Shown: one piece after another, positions 37,056 to 47,149 of the stretch
How the letters are laid out: each line of letters begins with the position of its first letter
Position numbering within the stretch: the stretch's first letter is position 1
Virus record (IMG/VR): IMGVR_UViG_3300017791_000207
Coordinates: 51,288-115,287 of that record
Reading direction: 5' to 3' (one strand)
Length of the DNA stretch: 64,000 nt
DNA from: a virus
Taxonomy: Duplodnaviria; Caudoviricetes
The notes under the pieces: generated by a model
Seen by the model: only the letters and a program-made list of their open reading frames with translations
What the model was told of the DNA's origin: nothing
Databases searched by the model: none
Made by a program: the position numbers and the translations under genes

Positions 37056-37547
37056 ATGCCTATAAACAACCTAAACATATCTCCAACTGAATCTTATCAA
37101 TTAACGCTTATGGCTTTGGTTGATGAATCTGATTATAATGGAACGGTAATTAACAATGTTTCACTTGAGATAACTCCTCCTGCTTTCCCCAAGAAGAATA
37201 TACCATTTACTCCTAATTCAGTAAATGTATTTACCTCTGAGGATTTAGGTCTTGGTTGTGGCGAAGATAATATTTTACCCGATGGTATTTATACTGTCAA
37301 ATATACAGTGAATTATAACACTTTTATTGAGAAACAATTCATTCGTATATCTAATACTCAATTCAAACTTCAAGAATTACTTTTAGCTTCTCTGTCAGGT
37401 TCATGCGATGGTATGGAGCAATATAAAAATGGTAAAGTCTTTTTGGAAGGTGCAGTTGCAGCAGCTAATCATTGTCAGATAGGTCTTGCGAACTCACTTC
37501 TACAAAAAGCAAATAAATTAATTTCAACACCTTGTAATTGTAATTAA
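37056..37547 (+). CDS. Virion structural protein (tail hub/fibre attachment candidate)
   Basis: LPDGIYTVKY; first gene of the Cys-rich fibre cluster. Confidence 0.5.
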   Translation: MPINNLNISPTESYQLTLMALVDESDYNGTVINNVSLEITPPAFPKKNIPFTPNSVNVFTSEDLGLGCGEDNILPDGIYTVKYTVNYNTFIEKQFIRISNTQFKLQELLLASLSGSCDGMEQYKNGKVFLEGAVAAANHCQIGLANSLLQKANKLISTPCNCN

Positions 37548-37548
37548 A

Positions 37549-37638
37549 ATGGGATGTCAAGCAACAACATGTGTTAACTGTGGTACAGTAAAACCAAAAT
37601 GCCAACTAATAGACGGTAAATGCATAAATTGTAGATAA
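37549..37638 (+). CDS. 29-aa six-Cys mini-protein MGCQATTCVNCGTVKPKCQLIDGKCINCR, absent from the ORF track
   Basis: Fills the gap exactly; TAATG overlap with next gene. Confidence 0.65.
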   Translation: MGCQATTCVNCGTVKPKCQLIDGKCINCR

Positions 37639-37895
37639 TGCTAACACTTATAACCAATAAGGTAACTACTGACTATACTAAAAAAATAGATAGTAAGATT
37701 GCAACTATTTCCAGAATGGCTTTAGAGAATATGACACTTGGATTTACCAACAAGGTAGATTATAATATGGTGGATATTCTTTCAGATTTAAGAGATATTT
37801 ACATAGCCAAAGGGTACGGTGCCGATCATCTATGTTCAATAGATATGTCTACGGTTAAATTCTATATTGATAAACTAACAAATAATAAATGCTAA
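37638..37895 (+). CDS. Hypothetical structural protein
   Basis: Coupled ORF. Confidence 0.55.
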   Translation: MLTLITNKVTTDYTKKIDSKIATISRMALENMTLGFTNKVDYNMVDILSDLRDIYIAKGYGADHLCSIDMSTVKFYIDKLTNNKC

Positions 37896-37898
37896 TAC

Positions 37899-39032
37899 AT
37901 GGGTAGTGGCTGCATAGGTAACACAAGTGGTTCTAAAGCTTGTGTCGAAAAAATAAGTGCTGAATGTGTTCTCTATGTGGGAGAAAGCATTCCTTCATTA
38001 GGTGTATGTCAAAATGATACTATTAATGAGACTACTGCTCTAATACTTAGTAAATTACAAACCTTAGCCACAGGTGAAGGAATTACTTTGTCTGATATTA
38101 CTGCTAACTGTGCTTTTGTAACACAATCCCTTGCAAATAAGGATAAAAACCTCAGTACTCTTCTCCAAATACTCTTTGATAATGATTGTGCCTTAAATCA
38201 ACTTATTGTAGATTTACAGAATAATATTGATGCTCCTTATTCATTTGATTTAAAGTGCCTTTCAGTAGCGAATCCTACAAGAGATAATATTACTCAGGAA
38301 CTGATTACACAACTATGTTCTTTACAAACTACTGTAAACAATATTGTAAATCAATTAGCCAATCCTGAAACAGATGATAACACAGCATTAATTGCAGCTC
38401 TGACAGATATAGCAGGTAATTTACTTGGTACAAACATTAGTTCTTGTCCGACATCATCTATTCAAAAAACAGGACAAGGAGCGAATACCATGCTTAAAAT
38501 GGTTGGATTTGTACCTATCGGAGGAGTAATTGAATATAATGGTTCATTAGGTAATTTCGATCAAACAGGTAAAGGTCTCGCTTCTGCTTGCATGGATAAT
38601 TGGGCTTTATGTAATGGACAGAATGGCACTAAGAATAAATTAGGACTTGTAACAGCCATGGCTACTAATATTCAAGGTGCATCACCATTAGCATCAGCTA
38701 TAATTGCAGGAGATAATGACACCCTTACAAATGTAGGCAATATCAAAGGTACACCTAAAGTAACTCTTACATCAGTAAATCAAATTCCTGATCACTTCCA
38801 TGTTTTAAATATTAATCCTCACTCTCATAATATTACAACCAAAATATCAGGTAATGGTGGTGGTGGATCTAATGCAGCATGGAATAATTCATTTGGTAGT
38901 TCTCAAACAATTACAACAGATTCAGTAACAGTTTCAGGTAGTGTTGGTTCGATTGTTAATAGAACTGCATCACAAGCCATAGAAAACAGACAGCCTACTT
39001 ACTATGGTATTTTCATTCAAAGAATATCTTAA
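37899..39032 (+). CDS. Cys-rich fibre protein with tail-collar-like C-terminal domain
   Basis: VPIGGVIEYNG...WALCNGQNGT...PDHFH...HSH...ENRQPTYYGIFIQRI. Confidence 0.7.
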   Translation: MGSGCIGNTSGSKACVEKISAECVLYVGESIPSLGVCQNDTINETTALILSKLQTLATGEGITLSDITANCAFVTQSLANKDKNLSTLLQILFDNDCALNQLIVDLQNNIDAPYSFDLKCLSVANPTRDNITQELITQLCSLQTTVNNIVNQLANPETDDNTALIAALTDIAGNLLGTNISSCPTSSIQKTGQGANTMLKMVGFVPIGGVIEYNGSLGNFDQTGKGLASACMDNWALCNGQNGTKNKLGLVTAMATNIQGASPLASAIIAGDNDTLTNVGNIKGTPKVTLTSVNQIPDHFHVLNINPHSHNITTKISGNGGGGSNAAWNNSFGSSQTITTDSVTVSGSVGSIVNRTASQAIENRQPTYYGIFIQRIS

Positions 39033-39046
39033 TTTAACTCATTTAT

Positions 39047-40777
39047 ATGGCAGGAAATTGCGGTGATCCTTGTGGAAATAATCCCATACATTATAATTCA
39101 CCATTTAAGCCTACTTCAGGTAATTGTGGATGTACAGATGCTTCCAATATCATTTATACTGGTGTGGCACTTCCATGTTCAAGTATTCAACCAAATACTA
39201 ACCTAGAGGATGTAATTAAAGCTTTGGATGCCAAAGTATGTCAAGCAGCAGGAGATTATTCCACTTATAATACACACTGTCTTGCAGGATTATATACTAT
39301 TAATACTGAAGCTCAATTTGTATCTGCAATTACTGACTATGCGTGTAATTTAAGTACTTCTTTTACTACTTTTACAGATACAATATTTCCTGCCTCTAAT
39401 ACCAACTTACAAAATCAGATTAATGCCCTTGTAAACCCAAATCTAACTCTTTGCACTTATTCAGGAGTAATTTCAAGTGATACACAAAATGGTATCAATA
39501 CTAAGTTTGCCAATAAACTTTGTGACTTAAATTCAAGGTTAGACATCTCTTCTGTAGATTGGAATAATTGTTACACAGTAGTAACACCACCAACTACAAT
39601 ACCTGCTGCATTTCAATTACTTGCTGACCAAGTTTGTCAGGCGGCTACAACAGGTGCATCAGCAGCATTACCTACCTTTAATAACCAAGGTTCATGTCTT
39701 CCTGCACCACTGGGGACAGCAGATACTTTGGTTAACACCATAAACAAGATTAAGACAAGGCTTTGTCAATCTCCTGTTTATGATATTAATACTTCTCCTT
39801 GGGGTTGTATTGCAAATCCTGCCGCAGGAACAGGTCCAAATATTCAAGCTGCATTTGATGCTACACTACCGATATTGAATAATCTTTATGGTAATAGGTA
39901 CACTTTTGATGGAGACCAATTTATCCTAACACAAACTACAACAGGTAATGCTTGTTCAGGGTTTACAGTTTCGCTTGATCCAAGTGTAGGTATCACAGAT
40001 AACAAAGTTGCTGTTACAAATTCAGATACTAATCCTTCCTATCTACAAGATAAATTAGAAGAAGGTACTAACATTAATTTTGACTATAGTAATCCAGAAA
40101 AAGTAGTTATAAACTCTACTTTTACAGATGAACATATTAAAACTACATCAGATGATCCTTCGGCAGGATATCTTCAAGATAAGATAATAGCAGGTTCAGA
40201 TTCAAATGGTGTTTCAATTGGTGTATCAACAGTATCAAACCAATTAGTAATTGCACCAACCGTAGATACAAATACACTTGCAACAAGTATCATGCAAGCT
40301 ATTCAAAATGATATTAATCTATATAACCAATTTTGTGAATTATCTTGTGGATGTGCTCCTTGTTCAAGTACCACAACTACATCTGTACCAACTTCTACAT
40401 TAAGATTCTACTTACAAAATGATGACACTGCAAATTATGGAGAAATTCAAGTAATTGCTACACAGAATAATCCAACAGTAAGTCTTGAAAATATTGGTTA
40501 TAACATTGCAGCAAATGGTTCTCAAATAGCAGGATTCCATTTCTTGACAAGTACCATATTACCAAGAACTATTTCTTTGAATCTCATAAATCCTGGTAGA
40601 CAAAGATACGATATCCAAGTTGCAGTAGGATTAGGTGGATCATTTACACCTATTGCAGGCACTACAACATATTCAACTACTAATTTCAGTTCTTATAATA
40701 ATCTATCTTTTAATATAGGTTCTTTATCAGGAGATATAGTTATCAGGATAATAATAAACAATGTAGAACCAATATAA
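39047..40777 (+). CDS. Cys-rich fibre/structural protein
   Basis: Many Cys; tandem D-x-K-V...D...YLQDK repeats. Confidence 0.65.
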   Translation: MAGNCGDPCGNNPIHYNSPFKPTSGNCGCTDASNIIYTGVALPCSSIQPNTNLEDVIKALDAKVCQAAGDYSTYNTHCLAGLYTINTEAQFVSAITDYACNLSTSFTTFTDTIFPASNTNLQNQINALVNPNLTLCTYSGVISSDTQNGINTKFANKLCDLNSRLDISSVDWNNCYTVVTPPTTIPAAFQLLADQVCQAATTGASAALPTFNNQGSCLPAPLGTADTLVNTINKIKTRLCQSPVYDINTSPWGCIANPAAGTGPNIQAAFDATLPILNNLYGNRYTFDGDQFILTQTTTGNACSGFTVSLDPSVGITDNKVAVTNSDTNPSYLQDKLEEGTNINFDYSNPEKVVINSTFTDEHIKTTSDDPSAGYLQDKIIAGSDSNGVSIGVSTVSNQLVIAPTVDTNTLATSIMQAIQNDINLYNQFCELSCGCAPCSSTTTTSVPTSTLRFYLQNDDTANYGEIQVIATQNNPTVSLENIGYNIAANGSQIAGFHFLTSTILPRTISLNLINPGRQRYDIQVAVGLGGSFTPIAGTTTYSTTNFSSYNNLSFNIGSLSGDIVIRIIINNVEPI

Positions 40778-40778
40778 T

Positions 40779-41570
40779 ATGTCAAAATATAATTGTTCAT
40801 GTACAACTGATAAAACAAAAGTAAGCTCCGATAATGTCTATTATGCAGGAGCTTATCTTTCTACATTGAATATCAATCCTAATGAATATCTTACTTCTAT
40901 ACTTCAAAAGATAAATGACTATAATTTTAATGCTACATCTTGTGTAAGTTGTGATAATGGAATTCCTGTATTCACGGGCATTAAAAACTCTTTTGCGCTA
41001 TCTACTGATGCAAATGGTAAAGTTATCACAGCAACTAATGTTTATAATAAGACTGAAGTAAATAATCTTATATTAGCAGGAAATACCAATATAAGTAATA
41101 CAGATTTAACTTTAACAGGAAATAGGGTATTAAGTGGTAATGATACAAGAAATTTATCTATAATTCATATAAACAATATTGTCTTTGGTGCAAATTCGTT
41201 TTCATTTCAAAATACTTTAAATAACACTTTTAGTTATCAAGGACAAAATGGAAACGTATACACGATAAATTCTGATAACACTACATCAGATGTTGATTAT
41301 CAATTACCTGATGATTCTGGGACAATAGCTTTAGAAAGTTATGTAGATGACGAGATAGATGACAATAGAAATAAACCTCTATTAACTGATAATTCAGGAA
41401 ATATAGTTGATTCTTATCTTGTAAATAAAGACTTGAGAGTTTTGATAGGCGCAACTTTTACTTTTGAAAACGGGGTTCATTTTAATAAAGTTTTGAATTC
41501 AAACACTCTTACAATGATATCTCCTAATACACTTTTGCCTAATTATAATTATACACCTATATACAATTAA
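40779..41570 (+). CDS. Fibre-associated structural protein
   Basis: N-terminus like neighbouring fibres; C-terminal domain shared with next gene. Confidence 0.55.
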   Translation: MSKYNCSCTTDKTKVSSDNVYYAGAYLSTLNINPNEYLTSILQKINDYNFNATSCVSCDNGIPVFTGIKNSFALSTDANGKVITATNVYNKTEVNNLILAGNTNISNTDLTLTGNRVLSGNDTRNLSIIHINNIVFGANSFSFQNTLNNTFSYQGQNGNVYTINSDNTTSDVDYQLPDDSGTIALESYVDDEIDDNRNKPLLTDNSGNIVDSYLVNKDLRVLIGATFTFENGVHFNKVLNSNTLTMISPNTLLPNYNYTPIYN

Positions 41571-41980
41571 TGTCAACAATTAAAATTAAACAAGTACTTT
41601 TTCCTTTAATAGATACTTCTCAACCAAGGCCACAATTTCCAGATCCCTATGCTAATGTACTTTTTGGTGGTGATTCAACAGGAAATCTAACAATATGGAG
41701 AGATTCTACTCAAACATGGGATGTACCAACACAAGAGGAAATAAATGAAAATGTTCCAAGATATATAACTAATACCAATGGAACTTTTATATCTAAAACA
41801 GATTCAAATGGTAATTTGATAGATTATAGGTTTTTAAAACAAAATGTGTCTAAGATAAGTTTAAACAACATATATTTTTCTGAAATAGAAAGTTTTACCA
41901 AAGAATATAATTCTGACACAATATTAATGATTTTACCAAACACACTTTTACCTAATACAGAATATTTAATTACGAAATAA
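41570..41980 (+). CDS. Fibre-associated protein
   Basis: TAATG coupling; TD..GN..D...PNTLLPN shared with upstream gene. Confidence 0.55.
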   Translation: MSTIKIKQVLFPLIDTSQPRPQFPDPYANVLFGGDSTGNLTIWRDSTQTWDVPTQEEINENVPRYITNTNGTFISKTDSNGNLIDYRFLKQNVSKISLNNIYFSEIESFTKEYNSDTILMILPNTLLPNTEYLITK

Positions 41981-43620
41981 TGTCCACACCGATAGCCATA
42001 GCTAAACAAGGAGATTCAAGATATGAAGTAGATCAGCAATCTCAAAATATATTCACTAATGAGTTTGCTCTAACACCAAATGACTCAACTGCTGCTCCAA
42101 CTCCTGTTGATTTAACACTTAATGGAAAATTCATTAGGATAAGATCCAACGGTGACTTGGTTACATATAATGGAACAGATTGGATTGTTATAAATAAAGA
42201 TAATATTATAACAGATGCGAACGCTTATACAGATACACAAGATGTACAAGTTTTATCTAATGCAGAAGTATTTGCCACCAATGCTGACACAACAGTTTTA
42301 AATTCAGCAAATACTTATACAAATTCACAAGTATCCACCAAAATAAATATTACTGATGCGGTAGATAAAACATCAGTACAAACTATCACAGGTGTTAAAA
42401 ATCTTCCAAATGGATTTCAGATAAATGGTGGATTTACGCCACCCTATAAATCTTTTAGTTATATAGCCCCCGCAGTGCAGAATAATCCCACATTGAATGT
42501 ACAAGGGCAGTATATTCAACTTAGAATGTCAGGAGATTTAGGTGCATTTGTAAATGATGCAGCAGCATCTGAAATAAGATTATCTGGTGTTACAAATACA
42601 GGAACAGGGCAAAGTGCACAAGAAAATTCTGTTGTAATTTCGGGAGGAGTTAATAATATTAATTTGGTATGTGGTACACTTAGCAATGTGCATACCGAAA
42701 ATAGTCCTACTGGTTCATGTACTACTACATGGGTAAATGCGGCAACACAAGTTCCTACACAAGCAGGGTTTACATACGGAACAATAGTAAGCGGTTATTT
42801 TGCATCACAAATAGCAGGTACAAATAATTATACATTATACGCTGATGGGGGTAACTCAGTAATCCCCACAATAGTTCCAAAGGATGTTACTACAGCAGGA
42901 TTAATCGTAAAGGGACTACCAAGTCAATCTGCCGCATTATTTGCAATAACAAATTCATCCGGGTCAACAGGGTTGAACATGCAGGCCAATCTTACTGGTG
43001 GAATGGGTGGTCTTATTGCAGGTTCCAACTTTTGGGTAAATAATAACACTACCTCTGCTAGTACTGTTAACCTTACGCTTAAGGCTATAATTTCTCAAAC
43101 AGCTCCATATTTAAATTTGACTACATCAACAAATGCAGTTGTAGGGTTTATTGCGGCTGATGGGGGTATAAAATCGGGGGGAACAACGCGAGATGCATCG
43201 GCCATTGCAGATATAGAAAGTACAACAAAAGGACTACTCATACCTCGTATGAGTACTACACAAAAGAATGCTATTTCTTCTCCTGCAACAGGTCTCACAG
43301 TTACAGATACTACCTTAAATAGAAATCAATATTATGATGGAACATCATGGCAAACAGTACCAATAAAAATAGAAGTAACAACTACTATCGATTTTGGAAG
43401 TATTGCTGCTAATTCACAATTAGATGCCCCCTCTCCAATAACTTTTGCAGGAGCAGCCATAGGAGATCAGATATTTGTTACTCCTGTTACAGATATTTCA
43501 GGATTAATGTTCAAAGGTAAATGTACCACAGCAGGACAAGTGATTCCAATCGGTATAAATTTCACCACATCAGCAATTGATCCAACATCTCAATCTTTTA
43601 AGATATCAATAATTAAATAA
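41980..43620 (+). CDS. Tail fibre / receptor-binding protein
   Basis: ANAYTD repeats, QTITGVK, STTKGLLIPRMSTTQKNAISSPATGL...YYDGTSW. Confidence 0.75.
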   Translation: MSTPIAIAKQGDSRYEVDQQSQNIFTNEFALTPNDSTAAPTPVDLTLNGKFIRIRSNGDLVTYNGTDWIVINKDNIITDANAYTDTQDVQVLSNAEVFATNADTTVLNSANTYTNSQVSTKINITDAVDKTSVQTITGVKNLPNGFQINGGFTPPYKSFSYIAPAVQNNPTLNVQGQYIQLRMSGDLGAFVNDAAASEIRLSGVTNTGTGQSAQENSVVISGGVNNINLVCGTLSNVHTENSPTGSCTTTWVNAATQVPTQAGFTYGTIVSGYFASQIAGTNNYTLYADGGNSVIPTIVPKDVTTAGLIVKGLPSQSAALFAITNSSGSTGLNMQANLTGGMGGLIAGSNFWVNNNTTSASTVNLTLKAIISQTAPYLNLTTSTNAVVGFIAADGGIKSGGTTRDASAIADIESTTKGLLIPRMSTTQKNAISSPATGLTVTDTTLNRNQYYDGTSWQTVPIKIEVTTTIDFGSIAANSQLDAPSPITFAGAAIGDQIFVTPVTDISGLMFKGKCTTAGQVIPIGINFTTSAIDPTSQSFKISIIK

Positions 43621-44132
43621 TGAAAAATTTGAATAGAGCAACAACCACTACAATTATAGCCTTAAGTGTTATAGGATTATCATTCTTAATATTAATACTT
43701 ACTATTTTGGGAATTGTTCATTCACAAGAATCAATGCAAACTCAAATAATTCAATTAATATCAAACCTTTTGGTTTATATCCTTGGATTTTACTTTGGTT
43801 CAACACATCAATCTAATCAAATCACAAATACAGAAACAACAAAACCACCTACAAAAATGCCAAACCCTCAAATCTTTTGGGATATTACCCCAAATGGAGA
43901 CACAAAAATCACAAGTATCAATTCAACATCAATCGACTTTAGTTATTGGGATCAATTCTTATTTGACAATCCTGACTTCTCAATCATTAAAGACAGTACC
44001 GACCAAGATGTCCTGGCAGTTCAGACAAGCAGCACAATGACACTAGGTTATTCAACACCTTCGGGAAGTTTTACATCTAATTCTGTAATTGCAAACTTTA
44101 CGGGTGGCAGGCCCGATCGCATCCCAAAATAA
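43620..44132 (+). CDS. Holin-like membrane protein with soluble C-terminal extension
   Basis: Two TM helices ending in ILGFYFGS. Confidence 0.55.
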   Translation: MKNLNRATTTTIIALSVIGLSFLILILTILGIVHSQESMQTQIIQLISNLLVYILGFYFGSTHQSNQITNTETTKPPTKMPNPQIFWDITPNGDTKITSINSTSIDFSYWDQFLFDNPDFSIIKDSTDQDVLAVQTSSTMTLGYSTPSGSFTSNSVIANFTGGRPDRIPK

Positions 44133-44143
44133 AAACAAATTAA

Positions 44144-44476
44144 ATGAATACAATCTTAGCTATACTACTTACCTTGGTAAACACACTAAGGTACAACTTA
44201 CCAAATTCCATACATAACATATCAGTCTTTGATGTTTTAAGTCTTGTAGCTTTAGGATTAACATTAATTATATCCCTTGGTAAAGATAAAAATGTCCTTA
44301 CCAAGGGACTTTTAGTTTTTAATCTGATTGGTTGTGCTGACTCAATAATCGATGAACTATGGTCTGATCCTACTTTTGTAGGTATATCTGACTTAAAAGT
44401 ACTATTTGCCACTGTAATAATAACTATAATCTACATGGTTTATCGGGTGAAAATCAAAGATGAGCCGTTACTATAA
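44144..44476 (+). CDS. Multi-pass membrane protein
   Basis: Several hydrophobic segments. Confidence 0.6.
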   Translation: MNTILAILLTLVNTLRYNLPNSIHNISVFDVLSLVALGLTLIISLGKDKNVLTKGLLVFNLIGCADSIIDELWSDPTFVGISDLKVLFATVIITIIYMVYRVKIKDEPLL

Positions 44477-44488
44477 CCACCCTCACCG

Positions 44489-44749
44489 ATGGAACCCACT
44501 ACTTCTGCAATAAAATATCTCACCAAAGAACGTCTTCAATTAATAGAAAAATTCATAGTTTACATACTCCTTATCTACTTTATATATGAGAACAAACAAA
44601 GCGAGATAGAGAAAACAAAAATTCTTCAACAACAAATAGATGTACTTTCCAAGAATAAGGATTCTGAGAATCAACAACTTCAAATAATAAATAAGTTAGT
44701 CAATGCGAAACCTAATAGTAATGATGACACTAAGCCTGTTTCCGATTAA
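44489..44749 (+). CDS. Membrane-anchored coiled-coil protein (lysis accessory candidate)
   Basis: FIVYILLIYFIY followed by coiled coil. Confidence 0.5.
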   Translation: MEPTTSAIKYLTKERLQLIEKFIVYILLIYFIYENKQSEIEKTKILQQQIDVLSKNKDSENQQLQIINKLVNAKPNSNDDTKPVSD

Positions 44750-44897
44750 GTCAGGAAGTAGCAATGGTAGTTATACTGAATCGCCAAATAGCATCAAATA
44801 TTACAACCTCATACAACAGGTAGACTCCATACATGTGCAGAAGAAAGCATCCTTAGATTTACTTGAATATCGCCTCAATAAGACAAATCTCCAATAA
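44703..44897 (+). CDS. Small hypothetical protein with hydrophobic N-terminus
   Basis: Overlaps upstream gene in another frame. Confidence 0.4.
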   Translation: MRNLIVMMTLSLFPIKSGSSNGSYTESPNSIKYYNLIQQVDSIHVQKKASLDLLEYRLNKTNLQ

Positions 44898-44920
44898 AAT
44901 ACAAACTTTAACAGATTTTA

Positions 44921-44952
44921 TTTGGTATTTCCAAAGTTTTTACATACTTTTG
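44921..44952 (+). promoter_or_regulatory. Bacteroidota-type promoter
   Basis: TTTG-N20-TACTTTTG. Confidence 0.65.
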
Positions 44953-44972
44953 TACTAATCAATAACTAAATA

Positions 44973-46187
44973 ATGGAGTTGGATTTAGCCCAAGTAGAAA
45001 AATACTTGTTATGGAGAAAAGGTAAAAGCTACATAGCTAATAAGTTAGGCGTTACCTTACAAGAAGTAGAAGAAGCTATTGCAGAGTTAAAGGGTAAAGA
45101 GGAGAAAGAAGAACTTAATATAGACTCTGAGAGTCATCAGTATAATTTTGAAAAAGGAACCTATAAATTTGAGGCATATTATGATCATCCACCAACAGCA
45201 GATGAAATAATTTCGGACCATCAGATTGATCTTAAAAAATATACCTTGAGTGCCTTCTATTCTAAGGCTAAATCAAAAGGTTGGTTCGTTACTGCACTTT
45301 TTAAATCAGTTCCTCAACAAGAAAAAGAATTAAGTGGATTTCAAGATTTTCTAAAGAATTATAAATCTGAGCATGTTCCTTCAAAAGGAATTACCTTGAA
45401 TCCTAAATTTGAATCTGAGAGTTGCTTAGTTTTATCTTTGTGTGATTTCCATCTCGGTAAATTAGATCGTAATATTGTACCACTTGAAACAAGATTACAT
45501 CAATATAGAGAAACAATAGACAACCTTTTATATAAGGCATATCACTCTCATAATTTAGAAGAAATTGTTTTTGTAGTTGGTAATGACCTATTTCAAACAG
45601 ACACAGTTCTTGGTACTACTGTTAAGTTTACAAAAGTCGGAGAAAGTGAAAGATGGGATAATATTTACGAGGTAGGATTTGATTTAATGGTTGAAACAAT
45701 TACTAAATTAAAAACCTTCTGTAAAAGATTAAAAATAATTTTGGTAGGTGGTAATCACTCAGAAAGTAAAGAATATTATCTTACTCATGCGTTAGAGGTA
45801 TATTTTAGTAAAGATTCAAATATATCATTTAATAGAAGTTCTGATAAATACAAATGTCATGTTTATGGTCAAACAGTCCTATACTTTTCACATGGTGATA
45901 CAATAAATGAAAAATTACCTTTGATGTTTGCACAAAGTTTTTCCAAGGAATGGGGTCAAACTAAATATAGAGAAATAATTTTAGGTGATAAACACCATAA
46001 TTCAGAGAAACGTTTTCATTCCTCCCAGGGTGAAGCACAAGGAGTTAGAATGCGTATATTAAGTAGCCTTACCAATGAGGATCAATGGCACTACGATAAT
46101 TTATTTACTAACTCAATTCAAGCAGGTATAGCTTTAATTTATGATAAAGAAAAAGGAAAATGTTCAGAATTTGAACACAGAATTTAA
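44973..46187 (+). CDS. Calcineurin-like metallophosphoesterase with N-terminal HTH
   Basis: DFHLG, GNDLF, GNHS, SHGD, GDKHH; IANKLGVTLQEV. Confidence 0.85.
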   Translation: MELDLAQVEKYLLWRKGKSYIANKLGVTLQEVEEAIAELKGKEEKEELNIDSESHQYNFEKGTYKFEAYYDHPPTADEIISDHQIDLKKYTLSAFYSKAKSKGWFVTALFKSVPQQEKELSGFQDFLKNYKSEHVPSKGITLNPKFESESCLVLSLCDFHLGKLDRNIVPLETRLHQYRETIDNLLYKAYHSHNLEEIVFVVGNDLFQTDTVLGTTVKFTKVGESERWDNIYEVGFDLMVETITKLKTFCKRLKIILVGGNHSESKEYYLTHALEVYFSKDSNISFNRSSDKYKCHVYGQTVLYFSHGDTINEKLPLMFAQSFSKEWGQTKYREIILGDKHHNSEKRFHSSQGEAQGVRMRILSSLTNEDQWHYDNLFTNSIQAGIALIYDKEKGKCSEFEHRI

Positions 46188-46188
46188 T

Positions 46189-46410
46189 ATGGAAACACAT
46201 AATCAGATAAATTACAAAGAAAATTTAAGCACTATATATGAAATGTTTTGTGGTCTTAGTTATATAGATTATGATGTAGAAGAAATGATCAGACGGATTA
46301 AAGCAAATATTATTTCCAATTTTTGTGAAGTGGTTATTAATGATTGTAAAACAACACAGTCCTCTTTTGAGGAATTAAAAAATTATTTAAAAGAACAAAT
46401 TATATATTAA
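46189..46410 (+). CDS. Hypothetical protein
   Basis: Likely start METHNQ. Confidence 0.5.
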   Translation: METHNQINYKENLSTIYEMFCGLSYIDYDVEEMIRRIKANIISNFCEVVINDCKTTQSSFEELKNYLKEQIIY

Positions 46411-46411
46411 A

Positions 46412-46609
46412 TTGGTATTAGAAAAGAATTTAGCAAACGAACTGTTTATAGACATGTATTCTGATATTGCAGGTCTTGAAATTACCAGATCTGGTAAACA
46501 AAGAGCACAAATTATTAAATTAATGGCTCAAAGATTGTTTAAAGAAACAGGTAAAGATGAATATAATTATGTAATCATGAAATGCAATGAAAAGATTGAT
46601 TTAGGCTAA
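46412..46609 (+). CDS. Hypothetical protein
   Basis: ORF in operon. Confidence 0.45.
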   Translation: MVLEKNLANELFIDMYSDIAGLEITRSGKQRAQIIKLMAQRLFKETGKDEYNYVIMKCNEKIDLG

Positions 46610-46623
46610 AAAATAAATAAGCA

Positions 46624-46824
46624 ATGAACACTCCAATACATACAATGCAAGTTAAGATGTTACCCAAAGGATTTACACCAACAGGTATCACTCCAAATAG
46701 AAGTCAACGTCGTTCTAAGGATTATGCAAATTACTTAGTTAAGATTCAGCAAGCAATTTTATCAAAAGAAGAATTAGATAAAGAAATTCAAGAAAAGCTT
46801 TATAGTAAATTAGAAAATAAGTAA
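46624..46824 (+). CDS. Hypothetical protein (PNRSQRR motif)
   Basis: ORF with A-rich leader. Confidence 0.55.
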   Translation: MNTPIHTMQVKMLPKGFTPTGITPNRSQRRSKDYANYLVKIQQAILSKEELDKEIQEKLYSKLENK

Positions 46825-46932
46825 TTAAAGATTTTGAAGGTAGTGCTCGAATAAACTACTTTGAATTGTTACACATTTGGATTTAAATTAAAAACCTGTA
46901 TAAGTCATTCTTGATTAGAATACAGGTAAAAT

Positions 46933-47005
46933 AACAGGATAGTGTAATTGGTTAACACAACAGATTTTGATTCTGTTATTGATGGTTCGAGTCCATCTCT
47001 TGTTT
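46933..47005 (+). tRNA. trnQ: tRNA-Gln (TTG)
   Basis: AACAGGA/TCTTGTT acceptor, GTG/CAC D-stem, ACAGA-TTTTGAT-TCTGT anticodon arm, GATGG-TTCGAGT-CCATC T-arm. Confidence 0.92.
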
Positions 47006-47015
47006 CAACAAAGTC

Positions 47016-47136
47016 CCCAAGTCAAGATTATATAGAAGAAGCTCAAAAAGCTTTAAGGATTTTCGGATCATGAAGTTCGCGACGTTGTAGTTCTATAGAA
47101 TAACTTCACTATAGCTTTATAAGCCTTGGCTTTGGG
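47016..47136 (+). ncRNA. Candidate structured RNA downstream of tRNA-Gln
   Basis: Closing stem CCCAAGTCAAG/CTTGGCTTTGGG enclosing three hairpins, one with a UUCG loop. Confidence 0.4.
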
Positions 47137-47149
47137 CAAATATTTAAAT

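Noticed and set aside
37899-43620. Second VR in the tail fibre genes
   Set aside because: No VVxxxxxWxxxxxxPSxVC-like segment found by eye in any other ORF; a wildcard scan of the full genome is still needed
44489-44897. Overlapping i-spanin/o-spanin pair
   Set aside because: The second ORF has no lipobox Cys; kept only as hypothetical membrane proteins
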